DNA of 63,887 bases, the filler included, from a bacterium (GTDB lineage: Bacteria; JALSQH01): the NCBI GenBank assembly GCA_026985515.1. It is 10 parts of 10 records of this genome, joined end to end, with 100 filler letters (N's around TTAATTAATTAA, not from the genome) between each part and the next. Parts side by side here need not be neighbours in the genome. Positions count along the whole stretch, not along the records: positions 1 to 3,175 come from JALSQH010000120.1; positions 3,276 to 15,648 come from JALSQH010000121.1; 8 more parts are not named here. One strand, given 5' to 3'. The notes beneath the pieces are model-generated. The model saw nothing but the letters and a program-made list of their open reading frames with translations, was not told the origin of the DNA and did not search any database. Both the position numbers and the translations under genes were made by a program. Position 1 is the stretch's first letter. Each line of letters begins with the position of its first letter. This document shows positions 1-9,799 of this stretch, one piece after another.

Positions 1-2
1 TG

Positions 3-2810
3 GGTGTAGGGTGGTGGTGATATCGTCCTCTTTTCCAGATCTATTTTTTGGTAGCCTGTTTTCATCTCTTTATGTATCTTTACCCGGTATGGATACAGTT
101 CATAGGCCTTCCCGTAGACATCAACCACAAGGGGAAACTCAATCTCATCCTCACCAACCTTTATTGAGTATTTCACAACCTTTAATTTTCCAACACTTTG
201 AGATGCCATAAATCTCCTGAATATCAGATCGTAAACTTTCAGTGATTTCTCGTCAATGGTTATGTTGATTATTCCCTCATCTATGTATCTCTTTATCTCT
301 TTCATCCCCCAGGGTTTTGTGGGTCTTATGCACTCGTGAGCACCTGGCTCTCCCCATTTTCTGCCATGGTAATCTTTACCGAGGTACATACGGGCTATTT
401 TTCTACCTGCATCAGATACATGCGTTGAGTCTGTTCTGTGATAGGTTATCAGACCTGTTTCAAATAGATTCTGCAGAATGTTCATGGTATCTGAGGAATC
501 AATTCCCAGAATGGAAAAAGAATCCTTCAGTATCTCATCCGTGGTATATGGTGGTAGGGTGTACTCTTTTTCCATCTCATCAATTTTGGATACAGTTCCC
601 CATATCTCTCCTTTCCACGGTACTTTCACATCTGTGCCAGGGATGAACCAGGCTTCAGTTTTCTTTAAAGATTGTCTGTACCTGTCTATGGCCCATCCGA
701 GAACCGGCGTTTGTGCTCTTCCTGCAGATAAATTCTTGCTGGAAAATCTATGCCAGAGTATCTGTGAAAGTTCAAAGCCTATCCATCTATCCTCTATTCT
801 CCTTACAATTTGAGCCTTTACAAGATTTTCATTCATTTCTCGGCTTGAATTTATGGCGTTTATTATGGCTTCTTTTGTTACTTCGTGAAATTCTGCTCTC
901 CTTATGGCTGTTGCATAGGGCCTCAGAAGATTCATCAGATCCCATGCTATTTTCTCTCCCTCGGTATCTGGATCTGTACCTATGATAACTTTTCCAGTTT
1001 CCTGCGCAAGATGCCTCAGGGTTTCAATCTGGTATTTTGCATTATATATATCGTTTGAATTGCATACTGGACACTTATCTCCCTCTGTGAACTGATATCC
1101 GCATTTCCTGCACTTGCGTATTGGGGAGTATACGGGAATGAAGTCATGATGATTGACAATTACTCCATGGTAACCCCTTGATGTGCTTAAATCCACCACA
1201 TGCCCCAAGGATGGTGCAATTACGAGAACATTTTTTCCTGTGGCAACCTCGTAAACTATAGAATTTTTAATAATTCTCACATTTGGTTTCCCAAAAAATC
1301 TGGCTATATGTTTTGCCTTATTGGGACTTTCAACGATGAAGAGTAAAGGTTCAATGACATCTTTGCTTTCCCTGACATCATCAATCTTTTTACGATCCAT
1401 ATCTATATCCTCTTTCAAGGCTTTTAAATCCAGAGATTGCATTGGTTTAAACTCAATTCCGTATACAGAGGCACGATTTACAAATACCCTGATTGAGTTT
1501 TCAGAATCAAGAAGGAATGACGCACCCTTCGTAATGCCCCCAGCGTAAAGTCTGGAAGCCCTTCCAGAACCCTGTATGTAAGTTTTTATGTCTGGGAATA
1601 GGATGTATCCATTCTCATAGATGAAACCCTCTCCCTCAACTTGCTTTTCATTGCTGAGGATTTCCTTTATCTTTTCCCTCAAAGCATCCAAGTCTTTTTT
1701 CTCCAACATTTTTTCAAGATCGTATTTTTTTGCAAGAGAGTAAGCCAGGGAGAGTACAATTTTCTCTCCAATAGAATCAATGTTTTCCAGGCCTATTTTA
1801 AATCGTGGCATTCCGTAGAAGATCACATACCTTATCCTTTTTGGCATATCCACTCCCCTTATTATCGCACCATATGGTGCAGCCACACCCACCAGAAAAT
1901 CAAGATCTCCTCTTTTGAATTTTTCAAAGGCATCTTTTTCCTCCGAAATGACCAGCCCAGCCCTGTAATTTTTAAGTTTCAATGTTAGTTCCTTTGCCTC
2001 CTCCGCAGATGGAGTGAATATTACCCCTCCAGGGCCCATAGAATTTATTATTTCTAAAAGAGCATCCTTGGAGCCATATATGTCCTCTACGTTTCTAACA
2101 GCGTTCCTCATATTTCCCACATCAAAATTTAGTTTTTCTCTGAGTATCCTCGTATTATACCCCCTGCTTCCCGTGGCTGTGGAGACCATAAGTACACCCT
2201 TTCCCCTCGTAACGAGATCAACAATCTTTTCCACATTTTTTGATCTTTTAAGAAGCGAATCCACATCATCAACGAATACAAATGAGAAATCTAAGTTCCT
2301 GACAAGGGGATAATTTCTTGATAGGAACGCTGTAGTGGTTATAAGTAACTTGAATTCCCCATTGCGAATACGATTTTTCATCTCCTCCCCCTTCTTTTTT
2401 CCCATGTTTCCGTAGTAGTATGCAACATCATCTTCAAATCCGAATTTTTCCATTTTTTCTTTTGCTTCTTTAAGCAGTATGGTGGTGGGTACAAGGATGT
2501 AGCTTTTTCTTCCGGTGGTGGAAAAGTAGAGGGCCATTACTATCCCAAACAGGGTTTTCCCTATTCCAGTGGGTGCAATTGCTGCGAAGGAATACCCCGA
2601 AAGAATCCTCTTTGCCCACATGCTTTGAATGGCTCTGGGTTTGCTACCAACCAGCTTTGTGAAAAATATTTCAAAATCTCTGTACTTTTTTGATAATGAA
2701 TTATCAGATAGGTTCTTTTTGTTTTTCTCGCACCACTCCCTCTCTATTTCATTCCATGATAAATCCCCATTGCATATCGGGCATAGTTCAGAGTATATAA
2801 CAGATATCAT
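3..2810 (-). CDS. rgy: Reverse gyrase (SF2 helicase-like + type IA topoisomerase), 3' end runs off the window
   Basis: Manual minus-strand translation of several segments from ATG 2810, all in one frame: MISVIYSELCPICNGDL (Zn finger), APTGIGKT (Walker A), FVDDVD, YIQGSGRASR, FIVESPNKA (TOPRIM), CRKC..CPVC (second Zn finger), GLITYHRTDS (catalytic Tyr at 441-443), GAHECIRPT. Not every codon was checked. Confidence 0.96.
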   Translation of the reverse strand, partial: MISVIYSELCPICNGDLSWNEIEREWCEKNKKNLSDNSLSKKYRDFEIFFTKLVGSKPRAIQSMWAKRILSGYSFAAIAPTGIGKTLFGIVMALYFSTTGRKSYILVPTTILLKEAKEKMEKFGFEDDVAYYYGNMGKKKGEEMKNRIRNGEFKLLITTTAFLSRNYPLVRNLDFSFVFVDDVDSLLKRSKNVEKIVDLVTRGKGVLMVSTATGSRGYNTRILREKLNFDVGNMRNAVRNVEDIYGSKDALLEIINSMGPGGVIFTPSAEEAKELTLKLKNYRAGLVISEEKDAFEKFKRGDLDFLVGVAAPYGAIIRGVDMPKRIRYVIFYGMPRFKIGLENIDSIGEKIVLSLAYSLAKKYDLEKMLEKKDLDALREKIKEILSNEKQVEGEGFIYENGYILFPDIKTYIQGSGRASRLYAGGITKGASFLLDSENSIRVFVNRASVYGIEFKPMQSLDLKALKEDIDMDRKKIDDVRESKDVIEPLLFIVESPNKAKHIARFFGKPNVRIIKNSIVYEVATGKNVLVIAPSLGHVVDLSTSRGYHGVIVNHHDFIPVYSPIRKCRKCGYQFTEGDKCPVCNSNDIYNAKYQIETLRHLAQETGKVIIGTDPDTEGEKIAWDLMNLLRPYATAIRRAEFHEVTKEAIINAINSSREMNENLVKAQIVRRIEDRWIGFELSQILWHRFSSKNLSAGRAQTPVLGWAIDRYRQSLKKTEAWFIPGTDVKVPWKGEIWGTVSKIDEMEKEYTLPPYTTDEILKDSFSILGIDSSDTMNILQNLFETGLITYHRTDSTHVSDAGRKIARMYLGKDYHGRKWGEPGAHECIRPTKPWGMKEIKRYIDEGIINITIDEKSLKVYDLIFRRFMASQSVGKLKVVKYSIKVGEDEIEFPLVVDVYGKAYELYPYRVKIHKEMKTGYQKIDLEKRTISPPPYT

Positions 2811-2831
2811 AAAAAGGTATTTGAGTTTAGG

Positions 2832-2846
2832 TATTTAAAAAATTTC
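2832..2846 (-). promoter_or_regulatory. Archaeal-type BRE/TATA box upstream of rgy (probable leaderless transcript)
   Basis: Minus strand reads GAAATTT-TTTAAATA, with TTTAAATA at -29..-22 from the rgy ATG; no Shine-Dalgarno before the ATG. Confidence 0.4.
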
Positions 2847-2850
2847 AAAA

Positions 2851-3174
2851 TCAAAGACTCTCTCTTATTTTATGGAGCAATTCCGCAGGGTTGGTTATTG
2901 GATAATCCAGGCTTTCCAGTATTTGCTTTAAATCTCTTCCTTTAATTTTATATCCTCCAAGGCGTTCAACCAGCGGCTCGGAGTTTTCAATCGGGAAATC
3001 AAGACCTTTAATGCTGGAAAGCACATGTACTGCCCAATCAACACCCAGAGATCTTGCGCTTTCCTCCATAATTTTCATTCTCTCGCTCAGATTGTCTCTG
3101 TTTTCTTTGATTGCACGATATGCCATCTTTGCAAGTCCCCCAGCAACATGCTCATCAACCTTCTCCCACTCTCC
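2851..3174 (-). CDS. Hypothetical protein, 5'-truncated; C-terminus resembles the archaeal MTH865-like domain
   Basis: Frame open to the contig edge; two related motifs LDFPIENSEPLVERL and LDYPITNPAELLHKI. Confidence 0.55.
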   Translation of the reverse strand, partial: GEWEKVDEHVAGGLAKMAYRAIKENRDNLSERMKIMEESARSLGVDWAVHVLSSIKGLDFPIENSEPLVERLGGYKIKGRDLKQILESLDYPITNPAELLHKIRESL

Positions 3175-3175
3175 T

Positions 3176-3275
3176 NNNNNNNNNNNNNNNNNNNNNNNNN
3201 NNNNNNNNNNNNNNNNNNNTTAATTAATTAANNNNNNNNNNNNNNNNNNNNNNNNNNNNNNNNNNNNNNNNNNNN
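3176..3275. other. Artificial contig spacer
   Basis: N44-TTAATTAATTAA-N44 (stops in all six frames). Confidence 0.98.
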
Positions 3276-5790
3276 GATTTTTATTTTCAGGATATATTTC
3301 CTTCAAACTCCCTGTCATATACTCCACATAATCTGGAATCACATCCCTCAAAATTACCTGATGAGCTGGATGAGATCCAACATTTGTTACAACCAGGAAG
3401 TAGGTAAAAACATCTCCAGAATGTACCTCTCCAACAGTATCTGCTGAAGAATATTTGAAAAGAGAAACCTCGGGGGGAACAACAAGTGTGGTAACCTGAT
3501 TGGTATAAACAGTGGCAAGGTTATCTGTTATCATGTAGGCTTTATTTTTTATAACCGTTCCTGCAGGAACAGGGAGAACGGAAACAGTTAATTTTGCAGT
3601 ATAGTATTCCCTGCTCCCAAGATCACCCACATTCCACGCAACAGACTTCGTACTGTCAAGATAACTGCACTGGGGGGAACACCCAACAAATGAAAGATTT
3701 TCACTGAGATTGTCAATTATTGTCAGATTCTGAGCCACATCACTGCTCTTGGGAGAGGTATTCGTGACAAAAATTGTATATGTCATCTCCTCACCCACAC
3801 CAATTGTGGGAGCAGTTACCTCTTTAGTTCCTCTAATAAAAGTTTTTGCCACGGTGAGGGAATCAACCGGGTTCATTGTAACACCAGCGTAAACGCCTCT
3901 TGCTCTGGAATAAACAGTGTAACTCTGATCAGGAAGATTGGAGGAGAAGTGGAGTGTGAAAATCACATGCATTTCCTCATTGGAATTCAAAACTTCATTG
4001 AGATTCCAGGTGAGATATGTGTAATCAGCATCACTGGTAATGGCAGGATCGTAACTCTGAGTTGTGCTATCAGGATAAATTATCTCTCCACTCAGAGTAA
4101 CATAACTTATCCCATTAGGGAACCATATTTTCACAGTCTCAACAGTTACAGGCAGGTAATTACCGGTGGAAATAGCCGCATCAAAGGTTACATCTCCACC
4201 ATATGAGGAGACACTATACTTATCAGCGTCAAGGGAAATATCAAGGATGGGAGAAATAAAACTCTGGGAGAGAGGCAAAATTGAATAACCAAGATCAAGA
4301 TATGGTGTTGATGTACCTGCAACTTCAGGATCCTCACCATACACTGCAACAAAGGGATTATCAGCCACAATGTGGGTACCTGTATTATCGTTATCATTTG
4401 GATCGTAGATTTTCAGATAATCAAGGTCACCAAGGATATAGGGACCTGCGTCGGGGTTACCATCACCATCCGTATCAATCTGATCGTAGTTACCATCGTT
4501 GTCAAGATCAACTTTTACTTCGGTACCAGGGATAGAAGCAGCCACAAAAACAGGTGAACCATTTGCAGAGAGATCCTCGCTTCCCGGTGCCCAGGATACA
4601 TAAGTCTCAGATTCAAGAAGTCTGGTGGGTATGAGAGAATAACCCCAGTCATACATAACACTGGCGTAATCAAATGCCACAACTCCCCAGAAGAGATGAT
4701 CACTTCTTATTCTCACAGCGGAACCTTCAGGGATATTTTCACCTATTTCTGTTGTATAACTGGTATTCTGGTAAGATCCGAGAGAAAATGTGTAACCATC
4801 AGGATGATTTTTATCAAAGATTGTTATATCAATGGGTGAAGAGTTGGGATTAAAGAGGTAGAGATTCGCGGGATACTGGGAAGTACTGACAACAGGAGCA
4901 ATATAATCTCTCCCCCAGACTTTTATAGGTAGAACATCGAAAAACCTCGTCTGATACTGACCAAATGAACCGGTCAGCATTGAAATCTGAATCTCTTTAT
5001 TGGAAATGACCTTCATACCAGCCAGGACCCTGATTCTCTTTGAAACATCGGTGGTGTCATTCACATAACCAAGGGTGTTATAGACGTCCCCTTTATTCAG
5101 ATGAATGGTTAATTGTTCATTCCCGTTATCAAGAAGAACAGTGGTATCATCCTTAAAGGTAAGAATTTCAAGTGCAACATACTTGAAGATTGAAAAATCC
5201 CCACCATTTGTGTCAAAGGTATCCTCACCGAAGGGAATAATATAGTTGTAATACCCTTCAAAGGCAGCTTCAGGGTATATCTCAAAAGCTCCACCAATAT
5301 AGGTTTGATTGTGAGGCCATACGCTGTGAGCTACATCCACAGGACCACCAATGGATATAATTCTATCTCCCCCATCATATCTCAGACTTTTTCCCCTCAC
5401 CAGCGTAGGTACACTTCCATTTATAGAATCTACATTTCCACTGTTGCTTTCGAGAGACAAAATTTCTCCTCTATTCAATGTGTAAACTTCGGTAGATGGC
5501 TGGGTGGGATTGAGGGGATATTTCTCATATCCATCCTCCCAGTGGTCATATATAATCTTCTGTCCATCAAGGGTAGCCGTCAAAGTTACAACGGAGTCCA
5601 GGTAATAAGATAAATCGTCAGAGGTGTTCTCTCTGACATTTATGTAGTGAAAGAATCTCCTCAGCTGATACTCCCTTCCCACAACGATGTATTCTTCAAT
5701 TCCGGCAGGAATCTTTTTTGCTGGAGTGGATGGAATCAAGACCAGACTCAAAAAAAGAAGCAAGGGAAAGAAATATTTTATTTTTCTCAT
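3276..5790 (-). CDS. Large secreted/surface protein with IgGFc-binding-like N-terminal region and DUF11 repeats, 3'-truncated
   Basis: Signal peptide MRKIKYFFPLLLFLSLVLIPSTPA; WGRDYIAP motif; DxDxDG Ca-binding loops; DUF11 motifs GEEMTYTIFVTN and GDVFTYFLVVTNVG..A..VILRDVIP. Confidence 0.8.
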
Positions 5791-5816
5791 CTGGATACTC
5801 CCCTTTTCTTTATTTT

Positions 5817-5833
5817 TGCAACAAACATACCAA
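5817..5833 (-). promoter_or_regulatory. Sigma-54 (-24/-12) promoter of the DUF11 protein gene
   Basis: Minus strand TTGGTATGTTTGTTGCA = GG-N10-GC, 27 nt upstream of ATG 5790, followed by a GGGGAG RBS. Confidence 0.7.
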
Positions 5834-5955
5834 ACTCCCCCAGACCCTGTAATAATTATACCTCACTTACAACTGTTTTTAAACAATTTCAATTCCTGAC
5901 ATTAACTTGCCGAACACTCACTATAATGGTATGATAATGTAAAAGGGTAGAGCTC

Positions 5956-7299
5956 ATGAAAGGTAATGATGGAAAATATTTAACAATCCTTGCAGAGCTT
6001 GAAAATCACTACAGAAACCTTGGAATTGGCTGGATTCATCCTGCCCTTCTCCTCAATCTACTGACCTACAGAGAAAAGGCTCTCTCCACCCTCAAAAGAC
6101 TTATTCAGGAAAGCAGGGGGACAGGTCAGAAGGTGAAATTCTACATGGGGGTTTTCAAATTTCTCAGAGATACCATCAAGATGGGGGCACCCAAGGAGAT
6201 ATATGAACTTAAAGAAAAAGGGGTGGAAATAAATACCCTCAATTCCTTTTCCCTTTATCTCAATATCATCAGAGTCAATGTGAAAAAGATAATTTCTTTC
6301 GCAAGATGGATCAAAACTGTTGATGAACCCGAGAGAATTGAGTTGATCCGCTTTCTTGCAAACAGAATGGATAACCTGCTTTATGCAAAAGTTATTGAGG
6401 AAATGATCTTTTTAGAATCACAGGAGCTGCTTGAAAATATTTCCACAGTCATTAAAAAAGTTCCATGTACACCCTTTTCAGTGGTAATTTTAAGGGAATA
6501 TCTGAGATCGGGACTCTCTTCAGGGTATCAGGATAAATTTCGTGAGATTCTGAAGGGTTACAGCAGGAAAGATTGTGCAATTCCTTCATATACATTCAAT
6601 GAGGAGGACCTTTCCCGTTTCACTGTATATTCCACACCTCCCACCATGAGCGGGACGCAGGTTTTCCTAATTGCACGAAAGGAGAATATGGGGAGTGTTG
6701 ATCTCTTTAACCTCACAGTAACACCAAGCCTGGGAATAACAGCCTTCTCCTTTCAAGAAAATGTACCCAGTGTTCTGTACAGGGATTTTGAAGAGGATAA
6801 CAGCAGAGAAATGGAAAGGGTCAAACCAGACTTCCTTGTGCAGATCCTTCAGGATTCCCTCCTCAACATGAAACTCCTTTCCCTGGAGAGGAATCCCGAC
6901 TTCGCATTCTACAGGAAATTTATGGGAGAAGAGGCACTTACTCCCGCACCCTTTCAATTTTCTGATGAGGTCACTGTAACTGAAATCAATGGAAAGGGAA
7001 AAATCTTCTACAACCCATACATAAGGAAATGGATCTATACATCTCCTCTCCTTAAAAAGATTCTTGGCAATAAAGAAATCAACACTTATGAAAAATTGAA
7101 AGAGGAATTGATAATTCACAGTGATATAATTCTGGACAGCCTAAAACGTCTCACCGCCTGGGCAAGAAGTGCAGGACTTCCAGATTATATTGAAATCCTT
7201 CATCTCTACAGACTCTCACAGGATCGGAAAAAATTTATTGAATACATGACTTCAGAAATCTGGCAGAACAGAATAAACTTTTACATGGCTTCAGGATAG
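5956..7299 (+). CDS. Hypothetical protein (447 aa)
   Basis: Long ORF whose stop abuts the gpsA start; no motif recognised. Confidence 0.7.
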   Translation: MKGNDGKYLTILAELENHYRNLGIGWIHPALLLNLLTYREKALSTLKRLIQESRGTGQKVKFYMGVFKFLRDTIKMGAPKEIYELKEKGVEINTLNSFSLYLNIIRVNVKKIISFARWIKTVDEPERIELIRFLANRMDNLLYAKVIEEMIFLESQELLENISTVIKKVPCTPFSVVILREYLRSGLSSGYQDKFREILKGYSRKDCAIPSYTFNEEDLSRFTVYSTPPTMSGTQVFLIARKENMGSVDLFNLTVTPSLGITAFSFQENVPSVLYRDFEEDNSREMERVKPDFLVQILQDSLLNMKLLSLERNPDFAFYRKFMGEEALTPAPFQFSDEVTVTEINGKGKIFYNPYIRKWIYTSPLLKKILGNKEINTYEKLKEELIIHSDIILDSLKRLTAWARSAGLPDYIEILHLYRLSQDRKKFIEYMTSEIWQNRINFYMASG

Positions 7300-8313
7300 A
7301 TGAATTTTACCGTTTCCATAATAGGTGCTGGTAGCTTCGGAACCTCTCTATCACTTCTCTTTCACAACAGAGGTCATTCAGTTATACTGTGGGGACATGA
7401 TCCTGAAAAAGTAAAAGTTATTGAAAAAAGGAGGGAAAATATCTTTTACCTTCCGGGTTTCACTCTCCCGGAAGAGATAAAGATAACTTCCTCACTTGAG
7501 GAAGCCATCTCTCACGGGGATCTGGTAATATTCGTTACACCTTCTCAGGTGTTGAGAGAAATTGTGAAAAAATCACTTCCACACATCAAAAAAAGTTCTC
7601 TTCTGATGATTGGCAGCAAGGGAATTGAAGTTTCCACACTGATGACTCTGGATGAAGTGATAAAAGATGTGGCTGATGAAGAAATTTGCGAGAGAACGGG
7701 GTTCTTTTCAGGACCAACTTTTGCCAGAGAAATAGCAGCAAAAATGCCAACTGCAGCTGTCGTTGCGTCAAAAAATGAGGAAACTGCAAAGAGAATCCAG
7801 CAACTCATCTCCCATTCCTACTTCAGAGTATATACCTCTGATGATGTAAAGGGGGTTCTGCTGGGTGGAGCTTTGAAAAATGTTATAGCCATAGCGGCGG
7901 GGATAAGTGATGGGCTGGGGCTTGGATACAACAGCAGAGCCGCCCTGATAACAAGGGGGCTGGCTGAAATCACCAGGCTGGGAGTAAAGCTTGGAGCCAG
8001 ACCTCTGACATTTCAGGGACTTGCAGGGGTGGGTGACCTTGTTCTCACCTGTACAGGATCTCTCAGCAGAAACAGAAGCGTGGGTCTCCGCCTGGGAAAA
8101 GGGGAAAAGATTGAAGAAATCACCAGCTCAATGAAAATGGTAGCTGAGGGGGTAAAAACGGCAAAAGCCGCCTACGAATTATCCAGACAGCTTAAAGTGG
8201 AAATGCCGATAACAGAAGCTGTCTACAGAGTAATCTATGAAGGGATCTCTCCCACAGACGCGGTAAAACTCCTCATGACACGAACTCTGAAACCCGAGAT
8301 ATATGGGTATTGA
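7300..8313 (+). CDS. gpsA: NAD(P)H-dependent glycerol-3-phosphate dehydrogenase
   Basis: GAGSFGT Rossmann motif, SKGIE, SGPTFA, GGALKNVIAIAAG, GDLVLTC, SRNR. Confidence 0.97.
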   Translation: MNFTVSIIGAGSFGTSLSLLFHNRGHSVILWGHDPEKVKVIEKRRENIFYLPGFTLPEEIKITSSLEEAISHGDLVIFVTPSQVLREIVKKSLPHIKKSSLLMIGSKGIEVSTLMTLDEVIKDVADEEICERTGFFSGPTFAREIAAKMPTAAVVASKNEETAKRIQQLISHSYFRVYTSDDVKGVLLGGALKNVIAIAAGISDGLGLGYNSRAALITRGLAEITRLGVKLGARPLTFQGLAGVGDLVLTCTGSLSRNRSVGLRLGKGEKIEEITSSMKMVAEGVKTAKAAYELSRQLKVEMPITEAVYRVIYEGISPTDAVKLLMTRTLKPEIYGY

Positions 8314-9784
8314 TATGGACCTTTTTTCCGAAAGCGCCAATGTAAAAAAAATAATCAGAGAAAGGGAAAAATGGCTGGAAACTCTCAACATACCCGACAG
8401 AGAAGAAACCCTCTTTGCCATAGAACTTTTCCTGAAAAGTGTGGACAGATTTTTTAATCTGGAAAATCATCCACAAACCTCTGCGGACCCCGTGACAAGG
8501 AATTTCTCTGTAGAAGTCAGAATCATCCGTGATGTAATAAGGGATCTGAAGAGATTATTTGATGAAACCCTCGCTGCAGAGGATTCCAGTGCCTTTGTGT
8601 TCCAGAGATACATAGAAAGCAGACTTCTCCCCGATTCTGCGAGGGACAAATTTTATGAAAAATATTTGAAACAACCCACCCCCCGAGACAGTCTCTATCT
8701 CCTCATTATCAGTTTCGAAAATATCTATGAAGTTATCAACAACATTCTGATGTTACCAAAGGTAGGTTTATCACTTTTCCAGTCTCTGGGACAGATAATC
8801 ACCAGAAACATCATGATCAACAAATACTTCAATCCATTCATTTACAAGGGTTTTTCCCCACTCTACGACAAAATCACTAATCCTGCTATCAACAGGGTGG
8901 TAAAAAACATAACAGATCCACAGCTCAAGAGGGTTGTATCAATTTTGATACTCACCTTCAACAGATTTCTCCATTATCTCAGGTACATCAACATGGATGA
9001 AAAGTCACTGGAACTTCTCAGAAAAAACATCGTCATTTTTACCCTGATAAATTCGGAATTAAAGTCATTTCTGATCTTTTTAGAGAAAAATGTTCCGGAT
9101 ATTCTCTCTGTTGACAATCCATCAGATTTCACCTCTAAAAGAGGCGAATTCCTCGATTTAGTTGATTCCATAAACTTCCAGATAACTCTTGAAATGAGGA
9201 AAATCAATCATCAAATTTTGAAGAATTTCTGCCAGCTCACGAACATTCTCAGAATCAGAAGTGCCCTGGAAAATGCACAGGGTATCCTGAAAAACTTTTT
9301 TCAGCAGAACATAGTTCATATTCTGAAGATATTTCAGCCTGACCTGGATGGTAAAGATGTTTTCAGGGACTTTATCTCAAGGTTAGAGGAATCCCTGAGG
9401 CTGCGGGAGGATGTTTACATTTTCATAAAAATTGTAGAAAAACTGGTTTCAGTTTTAGAAGATCCAGATGCCAGAAAAAGTGAAATCAGAGATGTAATCA
9501 GGGGACTAACTGATTTTATCGCATATTTTCAATCCCTTGCCTTCAAGTCTGTAAGGTACAGTGACCATGAGAAATTTGTTGAGTTTTTCGACTGGTTCGC
9601 CCGACAGGAGTGGGAAGAAATTATTGAGAAAAAAGGAATCAAGCCTGAATTAATTCAATATCTCAAGGGATTTCAGATATTCCTGGAAACCGTGCTTGTT
9701 CAGATAGGCAACAGGAGCGAATTGCAGAATGTACCCTTTGAAAGGGAACAGGCAGAAATAATTTTAAAACAGTTTATTTCCTGA
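8303..9784 (+). CDS. Hypothetical alpha-helical protein (493 aa)
   Basis: Long ORF overlapping the gpsA stop; motif LKSVDRFFNLENHP; function not recognised. Confidence 0.75.
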   Translation: MGIDMDLFSESANVKKIIREREKWLETLNIPDREETLFAIELFLKSVDRFFNLENHPQTSADPVTRNFSVEVRIIRDVIRDLKRLFDETLAAEDSSAFVFQRYIESRLLPDSARDKFYEKYLKQPTPRDSLYLLIISFENIYEVINNILMLPKVGLSLFQSLGQIITRNIMINKYFNPFIYKGFSPLYDKITNPAINRVVKNITDPQLKRVVSILILTFNRFLHYLRYINMDEKSLELLRKNIVIFTLINSELKSFLIFLEKNVPDILSVDNPSDFTSKRGEFLDLVDSINFQITLEMRKINHQILKNFCQLTNILRIRSALENAQGILKNFFQQNIVHILKIFQPDLDGKDVFRDFISRLEESLRLREDVYIFIKIVEKLVSVLEDPDARKSEIRDVIRGLTDFIAYFQSLAFKSVRYSDHEKFVEFFDWFARQEWEEIIEKKGIKPELIQYLKGFQIFLETVLVQIGNRSELQNVPFEREQAEIILKQFIS

Positions 9785-9799
9785 AACAGGGAGGGAAAG

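Noticed and set aside
11-2838. Short plus-strand ORFs in contig 1
   Set aside because: Antisense shadows of the reverse gyrase gene.
3220-3231. TTAATTAATTAA repeated nine times
   Set aside because: Always centred in a 100-nt N block; an artificial six-frame stop linker, not a repeat, att site or CRISPR.
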